Source of the DNA: Gemmatimonadota bacterium
Lineage (GTDB): Bacteria; Gemmatimonadota; Gemmatimonadetes; JACCXV01; JAHWKZ01
Assembly: GCA_041577935.1 (NCBI GenBank)
Contig: JBFGIA010000003.1
Coordinates: 1 to 41,741 of the forward strand
Direction of reading: 5' to 3'
DNA length: 41,741 nucleotides
Shown: positions 9,603 to 19,950 of the stretch, piece after piece
Layout of the letters: each line of letters opens with the position of its first letter
Position numbering within the stretch: the stretch's first letter is position 1
Notes under the pieces: generated by a model
Told to the model about the DNA's origin: nothing
Database searches by the model: none
Seen by the model: the letters and a program-made list of their open reading frames with translations, nothing else
Made by a program: the position numbers and the translations under genes

Positions 9603-10130
9603 CTACGCCGGGCCGACCGGAAGGCCCTTCTCCGCCATCGCGCTCTTGAACTCACGCACTGCGAGGTCACGACGGAGCGTGCCCAGGTGATCGATGAACA
9701 GGATCCCGTCCAGGTGATCGAGCTCGTGCTGGAGAACCCGCGACAACAGATCGACGCCCCAAACGGTGTGGCGAACACCATTACGATCCTGGTACTCGAC
9801 CTCGACCTCGGCCGATCGCTCGATCATCTCGACGACACCTGGGATCGACAAACATCCCTCCTCGCTATCGACCGTCCCGGACTTTGATACGACGACCGGG
9901 TTGATGAGCTCGAGGACCTCGGTCCCGTCACGTGCTTCGCTCACGTCGACCACCGTGACACGCCGCGCGTCGCCGACCTGAGGTGCTGCAAGCCCGACCC
10001 CAGCGTTCTCGTACATCGTCTCCGCGAGATCGTCGAGCAACGTTCCGAGATCGGCGTCGAACCGCTCGACAGGCTCGGTCTTCTGACGCAAAACCGCGTC
10101 GCCGAGATAACGCAGCTCGCGAATCGCCAT
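9603..10130 (-). CDS. def: Peptide deformylase
   Basis: GVGLAAPQVG, EGCLSIP, QHELDHLDG; start MAIREL at 10130 overlapping yajC stop. Confidence 0.97.
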   Translation of the reverse strand: MAIRELRYLGDAVLRQKTEPVERFDADLGTLLDDLAETMYENAGVGLAAPQVGDARRVTVVDVSEARDGTEVLELINPVVVSKSGTVDSEEGCLSIPGVVEMIERSAEVEVEYQDRNGVRHTVWGVDLLSRVLQHELDHLDGILFIDHLGTLRRDLAVREFKSAMAEKGLPVGPA

Positions 10131-10465
10131 TACGACTTTTCCGGCTCGCTGGGCTTGCCTAGCACTCGCACGACCTTGCTGCGTTCGACGTCGACCTTGA
10201 CCCCATCGGTGACCTTCAGAGACACCTTCTCTTCGTTGAGCGACATGATGCGGCCGTAAAGACCGCCCACGGTAACTACCTCGTCGCCCTTTTTCAGGCC
10301 CTTTACGAGCGCGCCGTGTCGCTGCTGCTCCTTTTGCTGCGGGCGGATGAGCAGAAACCACAGGATCGCGACCATCGCCGCGATCGGCAACAGCGAAACG
10401 AAGAACCCTTCGGTTCCGCCTTGACCACCGGGCGACCCCATGAGCACGGGTATCACATAATGCAT
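10130..10465 (-). CDS. yajC: Preprotein translocase subunit YajC
   Basis: WFLLIRPQQK, LKKGDEVVTVGGLYG; GGAGG SD before ATG 10465. Confidence 0.95.
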   Translation of the reverse strand: MHYVIPVLMGSPGGQGGTEGFFVSLLPIAAMVAILWFLLIRPQQKEQQRHGALVKGLKKGDEVVTVGGLYGRIMSLNEEKVSLKVTDGVKVDVERSKVVRVLGKPSEPEKS

Positions 10466-11601
10466 TGCGCCTCCATTGCTGATGCGAGCAGGTATCGATC
10501 GCTCCAACCACTCGACCACTGTTCGAACTCTCCGGCTTCGATCGCTCGCCGCGCCCGCTCTACAAGTTCGATCAGGAACGCCACGTTATGGTAGGAAAGA
10601 AGCCGGGGACCGAGCATCTCGTCGGATCGGAAAAGGTGTCGGATGTAGCCCCGGCTCCACGTCTTGCAAACCGCACAACCACACTTCTCGTCGAGCGGGC
10701 GATCATCGGCGGCAAAACGTGCGTTCTCGATGTTGATCCGGCCGTCGCGTGTATACGCCGCGCCGGTGCGTCCGTGGCGCGTGGGAGCGACACAATCAAA
10801 CAGATCGACACCGCGACCGATCGCCGTCACAACATCCTCCGGGAAACCGACTCCCATCAAGTAACGTGGCTTGTCCGCCGGTAACTCCGGCACGGTTACA
10901 TCGAGCATCTCGTACATGAGCGGTTTTGATTCACCGACCGACAGCCCGCCGATCGCGAACCCATCGAAATCGAGCGACGTCATCGCGCGTGCGTTCTGGC
11001 GCCGCAGCCCACCATCCACCGACCCCTGCACGATGCCGTACAGAAACCGGTGATGCACCCACGGCTCACCGTTTAGCGCCCGGTGGGCGGTCAAGCACCG
11101 CTCCGCCCAGCGCAGTGTCCGCTCGGCCGCGACCTGCGCTTCGTTGGGCTCGCACGGATACGGTGCGCACTCATCGAACGCCATGACGATATCGGCACCG
11201 AGCTTGGCTTCAAGCTGCATCACGCTCTCGGGTGTAAAACGGTGCGTGGTACCGTCGAGATGTGACCGGAATGTGACCCCCTCGTCGTCAATCTGTCTGA
11301 GGGCGGCCAGGCTGAACACCTGATAGCCGCCGCTATCGGTCAAAATTGGCCCGTCCCAGCCCATGAACCGGTGCAGCCCGCCCAACTCGAAAACGATATC
11401 TGCTCCCGGTCGCAGATGAAGGTGGTACGCGTTGGCGAGCACGATCTCGACCCCGAGCTCGATGAGATCGTTGGGCGTGAGCGCCTTGACGGTGGCCAGC
11501 GTCCCGACCGGCATAAAAGCCGGCGTGCGGACGACGCCGTGATCAGTGTGAAGCGCCCCCGTACGAGCACGATCGTCGAGGGCGCCTGCTTTCCAGTGCA
11601 T
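10453..11601 (-). CDS. tgt: tRNA-guanine transglycosylase
   Basis: TPAFMPVGT, LTDSGGYQVFSL, AIGGLSVGE, PRYLMGVG, DLFDCV, Zn site CGCAVC...H. Confidence 0.98.
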   Translation of the reverse strand: MHWKAGALDDRARTGALHTDHGVVRTPAFMPVGTLATVKALTPNDLIELGVEIVLANAYHLHLRPGADIVFELGGLHRFMGWDGPILTDSGGYQVFSLAALRQIDDEGVTFRSHLDGTTHRFTPESVMQLEAKLGADIVMAFDECAPYPCEPNEAQVAAERTLRWAERCLTAHRALNGEPWVHHRFLYGIVQGSVDGGLRRQNARAMTSLDFDGFAIGGLSVGESKPLMYEMLDVTVPELPADKPRYLMGVGFPEDVVTAIGRGVDLFDCVAPTRHGRTGAAYTRDGRINIENARFAADDRPLDEKCGCAVCKTWSRGYIRHLFRSDEMLGPRLLSYHNVAFLIELVERARRAIEAGEFEQWSSGWSDRYLLASAMEAQCIM

Positions 11602-11608
11602 GGGCCTG

Positions 11609-11614
11609 AAGTTA
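11609..11614 (-). promoter_or_regulatory. Putative -10 element (TAACTT) 7 nt before tgt ATG
   Basis: Minus strand TAACTT-caggccc-ATG; no SD. Confidence 0.45.
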
Positions 11615-11618
11615 CCCG

Positions 11619-13031
11619 CTACTCGGCGGCTCGTCCGTTGGACTCGAGTTCGACGCGATCCCCCGGATCGGGCACCGACGAGCGCCAGCCCAGCTCGTCA
11701 CTGAGACGGCTGACGAGCGCCGCTGCTGCATCGGGTTCGCCGTGTACGGCGTACGCGCCTTGGGGCGGCTCGGTCACCGTACCGAGCCATCGTATGAGCT
11801 CGTTGCTGCCGGCGTGCGCCGACATACCGTGTAGTACCTCCACCGTGGCGCGCACCGGAACCTCATCATGAAAGATGTGGACAGTACGATCGCCGGAAGC
11901 CAGCTGATGGCCCCGCGTCCCGTGCGCCTGATAGCCGACCATGAGCACCGTTGTCCGCGGATCGGGCAACCGCTTTCGCATGTGGTGCAGAATGCGACCG
12001 CCGGTGACCATCCCGCTGGCCGAGATAATGATGATCGGCTCGTCGATCTCATTGATCGCTTTGGATTGCTTGGGGCTGCGGGCGAGCCGAAAGTCCGTGC
12101 ACCGGAGCGGTGTGTCTTCAGCGATCACCCGCTCCCACGTCTTGTCGTCGAACTCCTCGCGGTGGCGGCTGTAGATATCGACCGCGTCGAGCGCCATCGG
12201 GCTGTCGATGAACGTCGGCAGACAAGGGATTCGACCGGCGCGCTCGAGCTCGTTCAGATGGACCATCAGCGCTTGAGTTCGACCGACGGCAAACGCCGGC
12301 ACGATCAGCGCCCCCCCACGCTCCACCGCCGCCAGCACGACGCGTTCGAGTTGGTCGGCGACCGGCTCGTGCTCGTGTACACGGTCGCCGTAGGTCGATT
12401 CTGTCACCACGTAGTCGGCCTCGTCGATCGGATCCGGATCCGGAAGGATCGGCACCCCGAACCGCCCGATGTCACCCGAGAAGACGACCCTCGACCGGGT
12501 TCCGTTCTCCTCGATGTCGAACGTTACGAACGCGGCCCCGATGATGTGCCCGGCGCGGTGGTACGTCGCGGTCAGGCCGTTGCCGAGGTCGATCGGGTCA
12601 CCGTGCATGATCGGTTTTGCGCGTTTGGCGGCGGTACGACCCTCGTCAGCAGTGTATAGCGGCAGAGCCGGTTTGTGCGAGGTGATTCCTTTGCGATTGC
12701 GGTAACGCGCCTCCTCTTCTTGCAACCCACCCGAGTCTTCGAGCAGAACGCGGAGCAAATCGACGGTCGCCGGCGTCGCGTATACCTCACCGTCGAAACC
12801 CTGGCCCAGGAGGCGCGGCAGGTACCCGGTGTGATCGATATGTGCGTGGGTCAACACAACAACGTCGATCGACGCCGCGTCGAACGGCAGGGGCTCCCAA
12901 TTTCGCTGACGCAGTTTTTTGGAGCCCTGAAAGAGACCGCAGTCGATCAGGATCCGTCGTCCAGCAGCCTCCAACAGGTGCTTGGAACCGGTCACCACCT
13001 TGGCTGCGCCGATGAACTCGATCGTCGCCAT
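11619..13031 (-). CDS. MBL-fold beta-CASP metallo-hydrolase (YSH1-like putative nuclease)
   Basis: VTGSKHL, DCGLFQG, THAHIDH, AGHIIG, FSGDIG, ESTYG, PAFAVGR, SASGM, SAHA, VHGE. Confidence 0.92.
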   Translation of the reverse strand: MATIEFIGAAKVVTGSKHLLEAAGRRILIDCGLFQGSKKLRQRNWEPLPFDAASIDVVVLTHAHIDHTGYLPRLLGQGFDGEVYATPATVDLLRVLLEDSGGLQEEEARYRNRKGITSHKPALPLYTADEGRTAAKRAKPIMHGDPIDLGNGLTATYHRAGHIIGAAFVTFDIEENGTRSRVVFSGDIGRFGVPILPDPDPIDEADYVVTESTYGDRVHEHEPVADQLERVVLAAVERGGALIVPAFAVGRTQALMVHLNELERAGRIPCLPTFIDSPMALDAVDIYSRHREEFDDKTWERVIAEDTPLRCTDFRLARSPKQSKAINEIDEPIIIISASGMVTGGRILHHMRKRLPDPRTTVLMVGYQAHGTRGHQLASGDRTVHIFHDEVPVRATVEVLHGMSAHAGSNELIRWLGTVTEPPQGAYAVHGEPDAAAALVSRLSDELGWRSSVPDPGDRVELESNGRAAE

Positions 13032-13042
13032 GGACGCGGAAA

Positions 13043-14110
13043 CTACACGATCAACATCGCGTCGCCGTACGAGTAGAACCGGTAACCGGAATCGACGGCG
13101 TGACGGTAGGCATCGAGGATGAGCTCGGTGCCGGCGAACGCAGCTACCAACAACAGCAGTGTCGATCGTGGCAGATGAAAGTTCGTGACCAGCGCGTCCA
13201 CGCATTGAAACTCGTGTCCCGGCCGAATGTAGAGATCGGTCCAGCCCTGGCGGGTCGACGATTCGAGCGCTCGTACTGTGGTCGTGCCGACCGCCACCAC
13301 GCGGTTGCCCCGTTGACGGGCTCGCGCGACAGCATCGGCGGTCGCTTCAGGAACGTCGAGCCACTCGGCGTCCATGGTGTGATCCTCCGCGCGTTTGGTG
13401 GTCACCGGCCGAAATGTGCCCGGCCCGACGTGAAGCGTCAGCATCGCGCGTTCGACGCCGCGCTCCTCCAGGCTAGCCAACAGCTCAGGAGTGAAGTGGA
13501 GCCCAGCGGTCGGTGCAGCGATCGCACCGCGGTGGGCCGCGTAAACGGTCTGATAACGTTCGCGATCGCTCGACTCGTCATCGCGATCGATGTACGGCGG
13601 CAACGGCACGTGTCCGTGCTCGAAGATCCACTCCCAAGCCGACGTGGGAACGTCGAGCTGGACCGCGCGCATGCCGGGCCCCTCACGCGGGGCGGTGATC
13701 TCGACCCACGCCCCCGGTACCGGGTGGCCGTCGTGGGCCAGAAGCGTCAATCGTTCCCCCGGCCGAGCCTTTTTCGCCGGTCTCGCGAGCGCTTCCCACA
13801 CCCGTCCGGATGCCCGTTCGGGATCTTCGTCGTCCAGCGGCCGGGACAGCAACAGCTCGACCTTGGCGCCGGAGCTCCGCCGCGCGAACAACCGCGCCGG
13901 AAACACCCGCGTGTCGTTCACGACCAATAAGTCACCGGGAACAAGCGCCTCGACCAGGTCCGGAAACTCGGCGTCGCGCCAGCTCGCACTCTGTCGATCG
14001 ACGATCAATAACCGGCTTTGTTCGCGATGTTGTTTTGGGTACTGCGCGATTCGGTGCGCCGGCAACTCGTAGTCGAAGGCGTCCATTGACACTGCACCGC
14101 CCTCAGACAT
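13043..14110 (-). CDS. queA: S-adenosylmethionine:tRNA ribosyltransferase-isomerase QueA
   Basis: FDYELP..IAQYP, VNDTRVFPARL, PLPPYI, AAPTAGLHFT, TNFHLPRST, YRFYSYGDAML. Confidence 0.98.
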   Translation of the reverse strand: MSEGGAVSMDAFDYELPAHRIAQYPKQHREQSRLLIVDRQSASWRDAEFPDLVEALVPGDLLVVNDTRVFPARLFARRSSGAKVELLLSRPLDDEDPERASGRVWEALARPAKKARPGERLTLLAHDGHPVPGAWVEITAPREGPGMRAVQLDVPTSAWEWIFEHGHVPLPPYIDRDDESSDRERYQTVYAAHRGAIAAPTAGLHFTPELLASLEERGVERAMLTLHVGPGTFRPVTTKRAEDHTMDAEWLDVPEATADAVARARQRGNRVVAVGTTTVRALESSTRQGWTDLYIRPGHEFQCVDALVTNFHLPRSTLLLLVAAFAGTELILDAYRHAVDSGYRFYSYGDAMLIV

Positions 14111-14125
14111 CGACGCGACCGTTCG

Positions 14126-14338
14126 CTAACGCACCAGGAAGTTGATCAGCAGGGTAAGAACGATCGAAACGACCAGCGATGTAGCGAGCGGGATGTAGAT
14201 CGTCGTTTCTTCGCGCCGGATCAGGATGTCGCCGGGAAGTTTTCCCGCTCCAGGGATCTTGGGTCCCAGCAGGAACAGGACCCCCAACACGATACATACC
14301 AGGCCGAACAGGATCAGGAGTCGTGCGAACTCGCCCAC
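14126..14338 (-). CDS. DUF2905-family small membrane protein
   Basis: GKLPGDI.I......YIPLATSLVVS motif between two TM helices; usual position upstream of queA. Confidence 0.88.
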   Translation of the reverse strand: MGEFARLLILFGLVCIVLGVLFLLGPKIPGAGKLPGDILIRREETTIYIPLATSLVVSIVLTLLINFLVR

Positions 14339-14685
14339 TCCGGATCCCCCTCGGCCAATCGACCGATCTGGCGTACACGATCAACCGACACGACGAGATC
14401 GCGACGGCCACCTCCCAGCTCGCGTCGCCGCGCGACGTACTCCATAACCTGACGCTGAACAGCCGGCGTCGGTCCGCACTCGGTCTCGAGAAACTTCTGA
14501 CATACGGCACCCAGATCGATCTCGAACCGGCGCTCGAGTCGGCGTATCGTGCGACACAGTCTGAGCTTGGCGGTGTCACCAATGATCTCGAGCTGCTGCG
14601 CCATCCGGGCCGGTGAGTTGTCGTGGACACGGTACCGTTCGGCCGCGGTCTCGGCTTGATCAGAGGTCAAAACGATGAAGTGCAT
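14314..14685 (-). CDS. Hypothetical protein (~123 aa)
   Basis: ORF from ATG 14685 fills the gap between the arsR promoter and DUF2905; TATATT -10-like element upstream; no family recognised. Confidence 0.6.
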   Translation of the reverse strand: MHFIVLTSDQAETAAERYRVHDNSPARMAQQLEIIGDTAKLRLCRTIRRLERRFEIDLGAVCQKFLETECGPTPAVQRQVMEYVARRRELGGGRRDLVVSVDRVRQIGRLAEGDPEWASSHDS

Positions 14686-14733
14686 AGGTCGGTTGGCAAT
14701 ATACCGCTGACAAACGGATGTCCTCACTGGGAG

Positions 14734-14768
14734 TGGACTTATTTGGTTATTTGGCTAAAATGCCATGC
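14734..14768 (+). promoter_or_regulatory. arsR promoter/operator candidate
   Basis: TGGACT-16 nt-TAAAAT with ATG 7 nt downstream; -10 is bracketed by the palindrome TGGC-N6-GCCA, preceded by tandem TTATTTGG. Confidence 0.55.
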
Positions 14769-15101
14769 ATGGGCAGGCTCGAGGGGCACACCAAACGCAG
14801 GCTGGAGGCGCAGGCCCGAGTAATCAAGGCGTTGGCCCACCCGACGCGCCTCTTTCTGGTCGAGGAGCTGTGCCGGGAAGAGCGCTGCGTCTGCGAACTG
14901 GCTGAGATGGTCGGTGCGGACGTTTCGACGGTCTCCAAACACCTGGCCCTACTCCGCGAAGCTGGGATCGTGCAGGACGAGAAGCGAGGCAAACAGGTCT
15001 TCTATCGTCTGCGCATGGACTGCGCGCTCGATTTCGCTTCTTGCGCGAGCGTGATTCTCGAGGAGACGTCTCGCCGCCAGCTGGAGGCGATAGCGAAATG
15101 A
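14769..15101 (+). CDS. arsR: ArsR/SmtB-family metalloregulator
   Basis: KALAHPTRL, ERCVCEL (alpha3 Cys site), STVSKHL..LREAG, GKQVFYRL; directly upstream of acr3. Confidence 0.92.
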   Translation: MGRLEGHTKRRLEAQARVIKALAHPTRLFLVEELCREERCVCELAEMVGADVSTVSKHLALLREAGIVQDEKRGKQVFYRLRMDCALDFASCASVILEETSRRQLEAIAK

Positions 15102-15110
15102 GGTTGCGTC

Positions 15111-16217
15111 ATGACTGATGGCGTCGCTCGCCGACTCTCGTTGCTGGACCGTTACCTGACGGTCTGGATCTTTCTGGCCATAGCGCTGGGGGTCGGCCTC
15201 GGGTACTTGATCCCGGAAGTCGAGTCTTTCATCGACCGTTTTCAGGTCGGCACGACCAACATCCCGATCGCGGTCGGCCTGATCCTGATGATGTACCCGC
15301 CGCTCGCCAAGGTCCGCTACGAGGCGCTGGGAAACGTTTTCCGGCACAAGCGCGTGCTGGCCCTGTCGCTGTTCCAGAATTGGGTCGTCGGACCGATCGT
15401 GATGTTCGCCCTGGCGATGATCTTTCTGTCCGACCTACCAGAATACGCGGTGGGGTTGATCCTCGTGGGTCTCGCCCGCTGCATCGCGATGGTCCTGGTG
15501 TGGAACGACCTGGCGCGTGGTGATCGCGACCTCGTCGGCGGCCTGGTCGCACTCAACGCCATCTTCCAAGTGCTCTTCTACGGCTTTTACGCCTACGTCT
15601 TCATCACTCTCTTGCCGCCGCTGTTTGGCATGCAGGGCAGGATCGTCGACGTCACGATCGGAGAGATCGCGCAGAGCGTCCTCATCTACCTGGGGATTCC
15701 TTTCCTGGCGGGGGTGCTGACCCGGCTGATGCTCGTCAAGCGGAAGGGACGCGAATGGTACGAGCGGGTTTTTATTCCGAGAATCAGCCCGGTCACGCTG
15801 ATGGCGCTGCTGTTCACGATCGTGGTGATGTTCTCGCTCAAGGGCAATTTCATCGTCCAGCTGCCGCTCGACGCGGTGCGGATCGCGATTCCGCTCGCTA
15901 TCTACTTCGTATTCATGTTTCTGGTCACCTTCTTTGCGGGTCGAAGCCGCCGTATCCGAGCCGGCTACGCGGAGAACGCCACCATCTCGCTTACCGCTGC
16001 GAGCAACGACTTCGAGTTGGCGATCGCGGTCGCGGTGGCGGTCTTTGGTGTCGGTTCGGGGGTGGCTTTCGCTACTGTGATCGGGCCGCTGGTCGAGGTC
16101 CCGGTGCTGATCGGGTTGGTGAACGTCGCCCTCTACTTCGAGCGCCGTTACTACGGAGTGGCCCCTGGGGCGCCTCCGGAACTGGCCCGCGACCTAACCG
16201 ACGTCTCTCGGATCTGA
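15111..16217 (+). CDS. acr3: ACR3-family arsenite efflux transporter
   Basis: [57 protein letters not shown]. Confidence 0.96.
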   Translation: MTDGVARRLSLLDRYLTVWIFLAIALGVGLGYLIPEVESFIDRFQVGTTNIPIAVGLILMMYPPLAKVRYEALGNVFRHKRVLALSLFQNWVVGPIVMFALAMIFLSDLPEYAVGLILVGLARCIAMVLVWNDLARGDRDLVGGLVALNAIFQVLFYGFYAYVFITLLPPLFGMQGRIVDVTIGEIAQSVLIYLGIPFLAGVLTRLMLVKRKGREWYERVFIPRISPVTLMALLFTIVVMFSLKGNFIVQLPLDAVRIAIPLAIYFVFMFLVTFFAGRSRRIRAGYAENATISLTAASNDFELAIAVAVAVFGVGSGVAFATVIGPLVEVPVLIGLVNVALYFERRYYGVAPGAPPELARDLTDVSRI

Positions 16218-18845
16218 GAGCGCGAGCTGGCCGGCGGCTTCGAGGTTCATCGCGAGTCCGTCCGCCCACGCGACGTTGAACGACTCGTTGCCGAGTGCAC
16301 TCTTCGTCGCCGATACATAGCGGTCATAAAGATCACGATCGACGTCGTCGAGAACCGCGCCCATCGGCTTACGCAACGCCTCCGCAGCACCGAATAGACG
16401 CGCGGCGCGATGGTGGTCGCTTTCGGTGGAAGCCACCTGAGCGAGGCCTACCAATCCGTACATCTTGGTCAATCGGTTATCGAATCGAAGCGCCAAGGTC
16501 AGCCCCTCACGGTAGTGCTCGCGTGCCTGATCCGTGTTTCCCAGCTCCAGCTCGGCCTGACCCAGGTTGAAATGCAACACATCCTCCGCGGTGACGTTGC
16601 CCTGCGCGCGAGAGACCTCGAGTCCCTCCAGATAGAGCGACCGGGCGCGTTCGAAATCGCCCTGCGCCCGGTACGCTTCGGCCAGGTTCCCGAGCAGCAG
16701 CGATACCGCGCGGTGGGCCCACGCGACGTCGAAGCCGCGGGCAATCGCGAGCGCGCGCTCATGCCGATCGATCGCCGCGTCGAGCGTGTCCTCGGTAACG
16801 TCGATCCGTCCTTGAGCGGCCAACGCACGGACCGTAATCACCGGATCGTTCTCGGCCTCGCCAAGGGCCAGCGCCTGGTCGGCGATCTCTCGCGAGCGCG
16901 CCAAAGAGCCGTGAAAAAACAGCAACGAGCTCAGGCCGTACAACGCCTTTCCGCGATCGCGCGCATCCGTTTGCCCCTCGCTGGTAACCGCTCGCGTGGC
17001 CCAATCGATCCCTTCGGTCAGCGCCCCGGCGCGACGCCAGTAGCGCCAAAGCGTGCTCACCATCCGCAGCGCCGAAGCCGACCCTTCCTCTCGAAGACTC
17101 CACTCGAGCGCGGCGCGAAGATTGTCGTTGTCGGCCCGCAGACGATCCATCCACTCCGCCGAGTCGGGGCCACTCAACCCATCCTCAGCGCGCTCGGTAA
17201 GCTCTTCGAACCAGCTCAGGTGATGATCATGAACCGCACTCGCGTCACCGGTTTCCGCCAGTCGTTGCGCGGCGTAGTCGCGGGTCGTCTCGAGCATTCG
17301 ATAGCGTGACTCGCCGGCGGGTTCTCGTTCGACAAGCACCAATGACTTGTCGACCAGGGCACCCAGAGAATCGATCACGCTGTCTGCCGGTTCACAAACG
17401 CTCTCCGCGGCGCGCAACGTCCAACCGCTGGCGAATACGGACAAGCTGCGAAACAGCGCCTGCTCTTCGGGTTCCAGGAGCTCGTAGCTCCACTCTATCG
17501 TGGCCTCCAACGTGTCGTGCCTGGCACCCTTCGATCTGGAGCCACTGCGCAAGAGTCGAAACCGATCGTAGAGGCGATCGGCGATCTCGTCGACCGATAG
17601 GACCGCGATGCGGGCGGCGGCGAGCTCGATCGCCAGCGGAATCCCATCCAACCCGTGGCACAACCTGGCTACGGTAGCCGCATTCTGTTCGTCGATCTTG
17701 AAGTCACTGCGTGCCAACCGCGCGCGATCGACAAACAGCTGCACGGCATCGAACGCCTGGGCGGCCTCGGCGACAGCGGTCGATGGCAACTGATCGGGGT
17801 TCGGGGTATCGAGCACCGGCACCCGCCACACTTGTTCGCCTTCGAGTCCCAGGCTCTCACGACTGGTAGCCAGGATTCGGACCCCGGGGCTTGCGTGAAG
17901 CAACAACGCCGCCAGCTCAGCGCATGCATCCCGCGCGTGTTCGCAGTTGTCAAGAAGCAACAACAGGTGCTTCGAGCGCAGCCCGTTGGTCAGTGTATCG
18001 AGCAGCGGTCGCCCGCCGGCCTCGCGGATACCAACCGCCGAAGCAACCGCCTGGGGAACTCGTCCCGGGTCGGTCACAGCGCCCAGCTCAACGAACCAGA
18101 CGCCGTCCTCGAATCGATCCAACAGTCCGCGCGCCACCCGAGTCGCGAGCCGCGTCTTCCCTGTGCCGCCAAGCCCGGTGAGCGTCACCATGCGATGCCG
18201 GTCGAGCAGCGCGTTGACCGTTTCGATCGCGCGTTCGCGATCGACAAAGCGGGTCAGCCGATGGGGAAGGTTGTGCCGCGGCTGGTCAGACGACTCGAGC
18301 GGCGGAAAGTCGCTCCGCAGGTCGGCGTGCAGCACCTGATACACTCGCTCCGCGCGCTCGAGATCTCTCAGCTGGTGCTCGCCGAGATCGAGGAATCCGG
18401 CACCTCCAGGCGCATCGTCCCCGATCAGGTCGCGGGTGGCTCCAGAAACCAACACCTGACCGCCGTGTCCGATTGAGACCAGCCGGGCGATCCGATTCAG
18501 ATCACGACCGAAGTAATCTCCATCGCGGTGTTCGGGTTGACCGGTGTGCAGCGCCATCCGCACGCGGAGCGCGCTGCTCGTCTCAACGGAGGATTCGAGT
18601 CCCCGCTGAGCGTTGAGCGCAGCCGCCAATGCATTAGACGGTGTCGCGAACGCGATGCAGAAAGCGTCGCCGATCGTCTTGAAGATGTGCCCGTAGTGGG
18701 TTTCGACCGCGCGCCGCAGAATCGCATCGTGATCGGCGAGCGCTTTCTCCATGCCGACAGGGTCCTGCTCCCAAAGTCGGGTGCTGCCCTCGATGTCGGT
18801 AAAGAGGAAGGTGACTGTTCCGGTCGGCGGAGAGGTGTGCACCAT
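16194..18845 (-). CDS. Class III adenylate/guanylate cyclase domain + STAND/NB-ARC-like ATPase + TPR protein
   Basis: [37 protein letters not shown] (cyclase); [29 protein letters not shown] (STAND); C-terminal TPR-like helices. Confidence 0.9.
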   Translation of the reverse strand: MVHTSPPTGTVTFLFTDIEGSTRLWEQDPVGMEKALADHDAILRRAVETHYGHIFKTIGDAFCIAFATPSNALAAALNAQRGLESSVETSSALRVRMALHTGQPEHRDGDYFGRDLNRIARLVSIGHGGQVLVSGATRDLIGDDAPGGAGFLDLGEHQLRDLERAERVYQVLHADLRSDFPPLESSDQPRHNLPHRLTRFVDRERAIETVNALLDRHRMVTLTGLGGTGKTRLATRVARGLLDRFEDGVWFVELGAVTDPGRVPQAVASAVGIREAGGRPLLDTLTNGLRSKHLLLLLDNCEHARDACAELAALLLHASPGVRILATSRESLGLEGEQVWRVPVLDTPNPDQLPSTAVAEAAQAFDAVQLFVDRARLARSDFKIDEQNAATVARLCHGLDGIPLAIELAAARIAVLSVDEIADRLYDRFRLLRSGSRSKGARHDTLEATIEWSYELLEPEEQALFRSLSVFASGWTLRAAESVCEPADSVIDSLGALVDKSLVLVEREPAGESRYRMLETTRDYAAQRLAETGDASAVHDHHLSWFEELTERAEDGLSGPDSAEWMDRLRADNDNLRAALEWSLREEGSASALRMVSTLWRYWRRAGALTEGIDWATRAVTSEGQTDARDRGKALYGLSSLLFFHGSLARSREIADQALALGEAENDPVITVRALAAQGRIDVTEDTLDAAIDRHERALAIARGFDVAWAHRAVSLLLGNLAEAYRAQGDFERARSLYLEGLEVSRAQGNVTAEDVLHFNLGQAELELGNTDQAREHYREGLTLALRFDNRLTKMYGLVGLAQVASTESDHHRAARLFGAAEALRKPMGAVLDDVDRDLYDRYVSATKSALGNESFNVAWADGLAMNLEAAGQLALSDPRDVG

Positions 18846-18873
18846 CAATTTGAGTCAGACTCGGGTTAGCCGC

Positions 18874-19947
18874 TCAGCTGTCGAACAGGTGTTCCTGCGG
18901 GTTGTCGGCGCTGGGTGGCGAACCCGCGATCCCGAGGTGTGTGTAGGCGCGGGCGGTCGCCACTCGGCCACGCGGCGTGCGATGTAGAAACCCGCTCTGG
19001 ATCAAGAACGGCTCGTGCACCTCCTCGAGCGTGTCGGCGTCCTCGCCGACCGCCACCGCCAGCGAGTTCACCCCCACCGGACCACCACCGAACTTCTCGA
19101 TCAGCGCGTTCAAGATCCGGGTGTCCATCTCGTCGAGGCCGACGTCGTCGACGTCGAGCGCCTCCAGCGCGGCGCCCGCGATCTCACCGGTAATCCGACC
19201 GTCGCCCTTGACGAGTGCGAAGTCACGGCTCCACTTGAGCAGCCGATTGGCGACGCGCGCCGTACCCCTCGAACGCTCGGCGATGACGGCGATGCCGTTC
19301 GCATCGATCGCGACGTCGAGGATTCGGCCCGACCGCTCAACGATCTGCGCCAACTCCTCCGAAGTGTAGAAATCGAGTCGCGCGGCGTGCTCGAACCGGG
19401 AACGCAAAGGACCGGTCAGCAATCCGCGTTTGGTAGTCGCACCGACCAGCGTGAAGTGCTCGAGCGGCAGCGATACCGATCGCGCCGCCGGGCCCGAATC
19501 GATCAAGATGTCGAGTTGAAACTCCTCCATAGCCGGGTACAAGTACTCTTCGACGACCGTTCGCAGACGATGGATCTCGTCGATGAACAGGACGTCGCCG
19601 CGCTCGAGACCGGTCAGCAGACCGGCCAGATCGCCCGGTTTCTCGAGCACCGGGCCGCTGGTGACGCGGATCTTGCCGTCCAGCTCATGGGCCAGGATGT
19701 GGGCCAGCGTCGTCTTGCCGAGTCCCGGCGGACCGGAGAACAAGCAGTGACCCAGCGGTTCGCCACGTTGCTTGGCGGCTTCGATCGAGATCGCGAGGTT
19801 TTGTTTGAGCTTCTCCTGGCCCGCGAACTCGGCCAGCGTCCGCGGGCGGAGCGTCTGCTCGAACACTTCTTCCTCGGGTGCGGCCGGCTCGGGGCGCGTG
19901 GCGCTACCCGTCAGGTACGATCGAAACGGCTTATCGGCTTCTGCCAT
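18874..19947 (-). CDS. ruvB: Holliday junction helicase RuvB
   Basis: [44 protein letters not shown]. Confidence 0.98.
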   Translation of the reverse strand: MAEADKPFRSYLTGSATRPEPAAPEEEVFEQTLRPRTLAEFAGQEKLKQNLAISIEAAKQRGEPLGHCLFSGPPGLGKTTLAHILAHELDGKIRVTSGPVLEKPGDLAGLLTGLERGDVLFIDEIHRLRTVVEEYLYPAMEEFQLDILIDSGPAARSVSLPLEHFTLVGATTKRGLLTGPLRSRFEHAARLDFYTSEELAQIVERSGRILDVAIDANGIAVIAERSRGTARVANRLLKWSRDFALVKGDGRITGEIAGAALEALDVDDVGLDEMDTRILNALIEKFGGGPVGVNSLAVAVGEDADTLEEVHEPFLIQSGFLHRTPRGRVATARAYTHLGIAGSPPSADNPQEHLFDS

Positions 19948-19950
19948 CGG

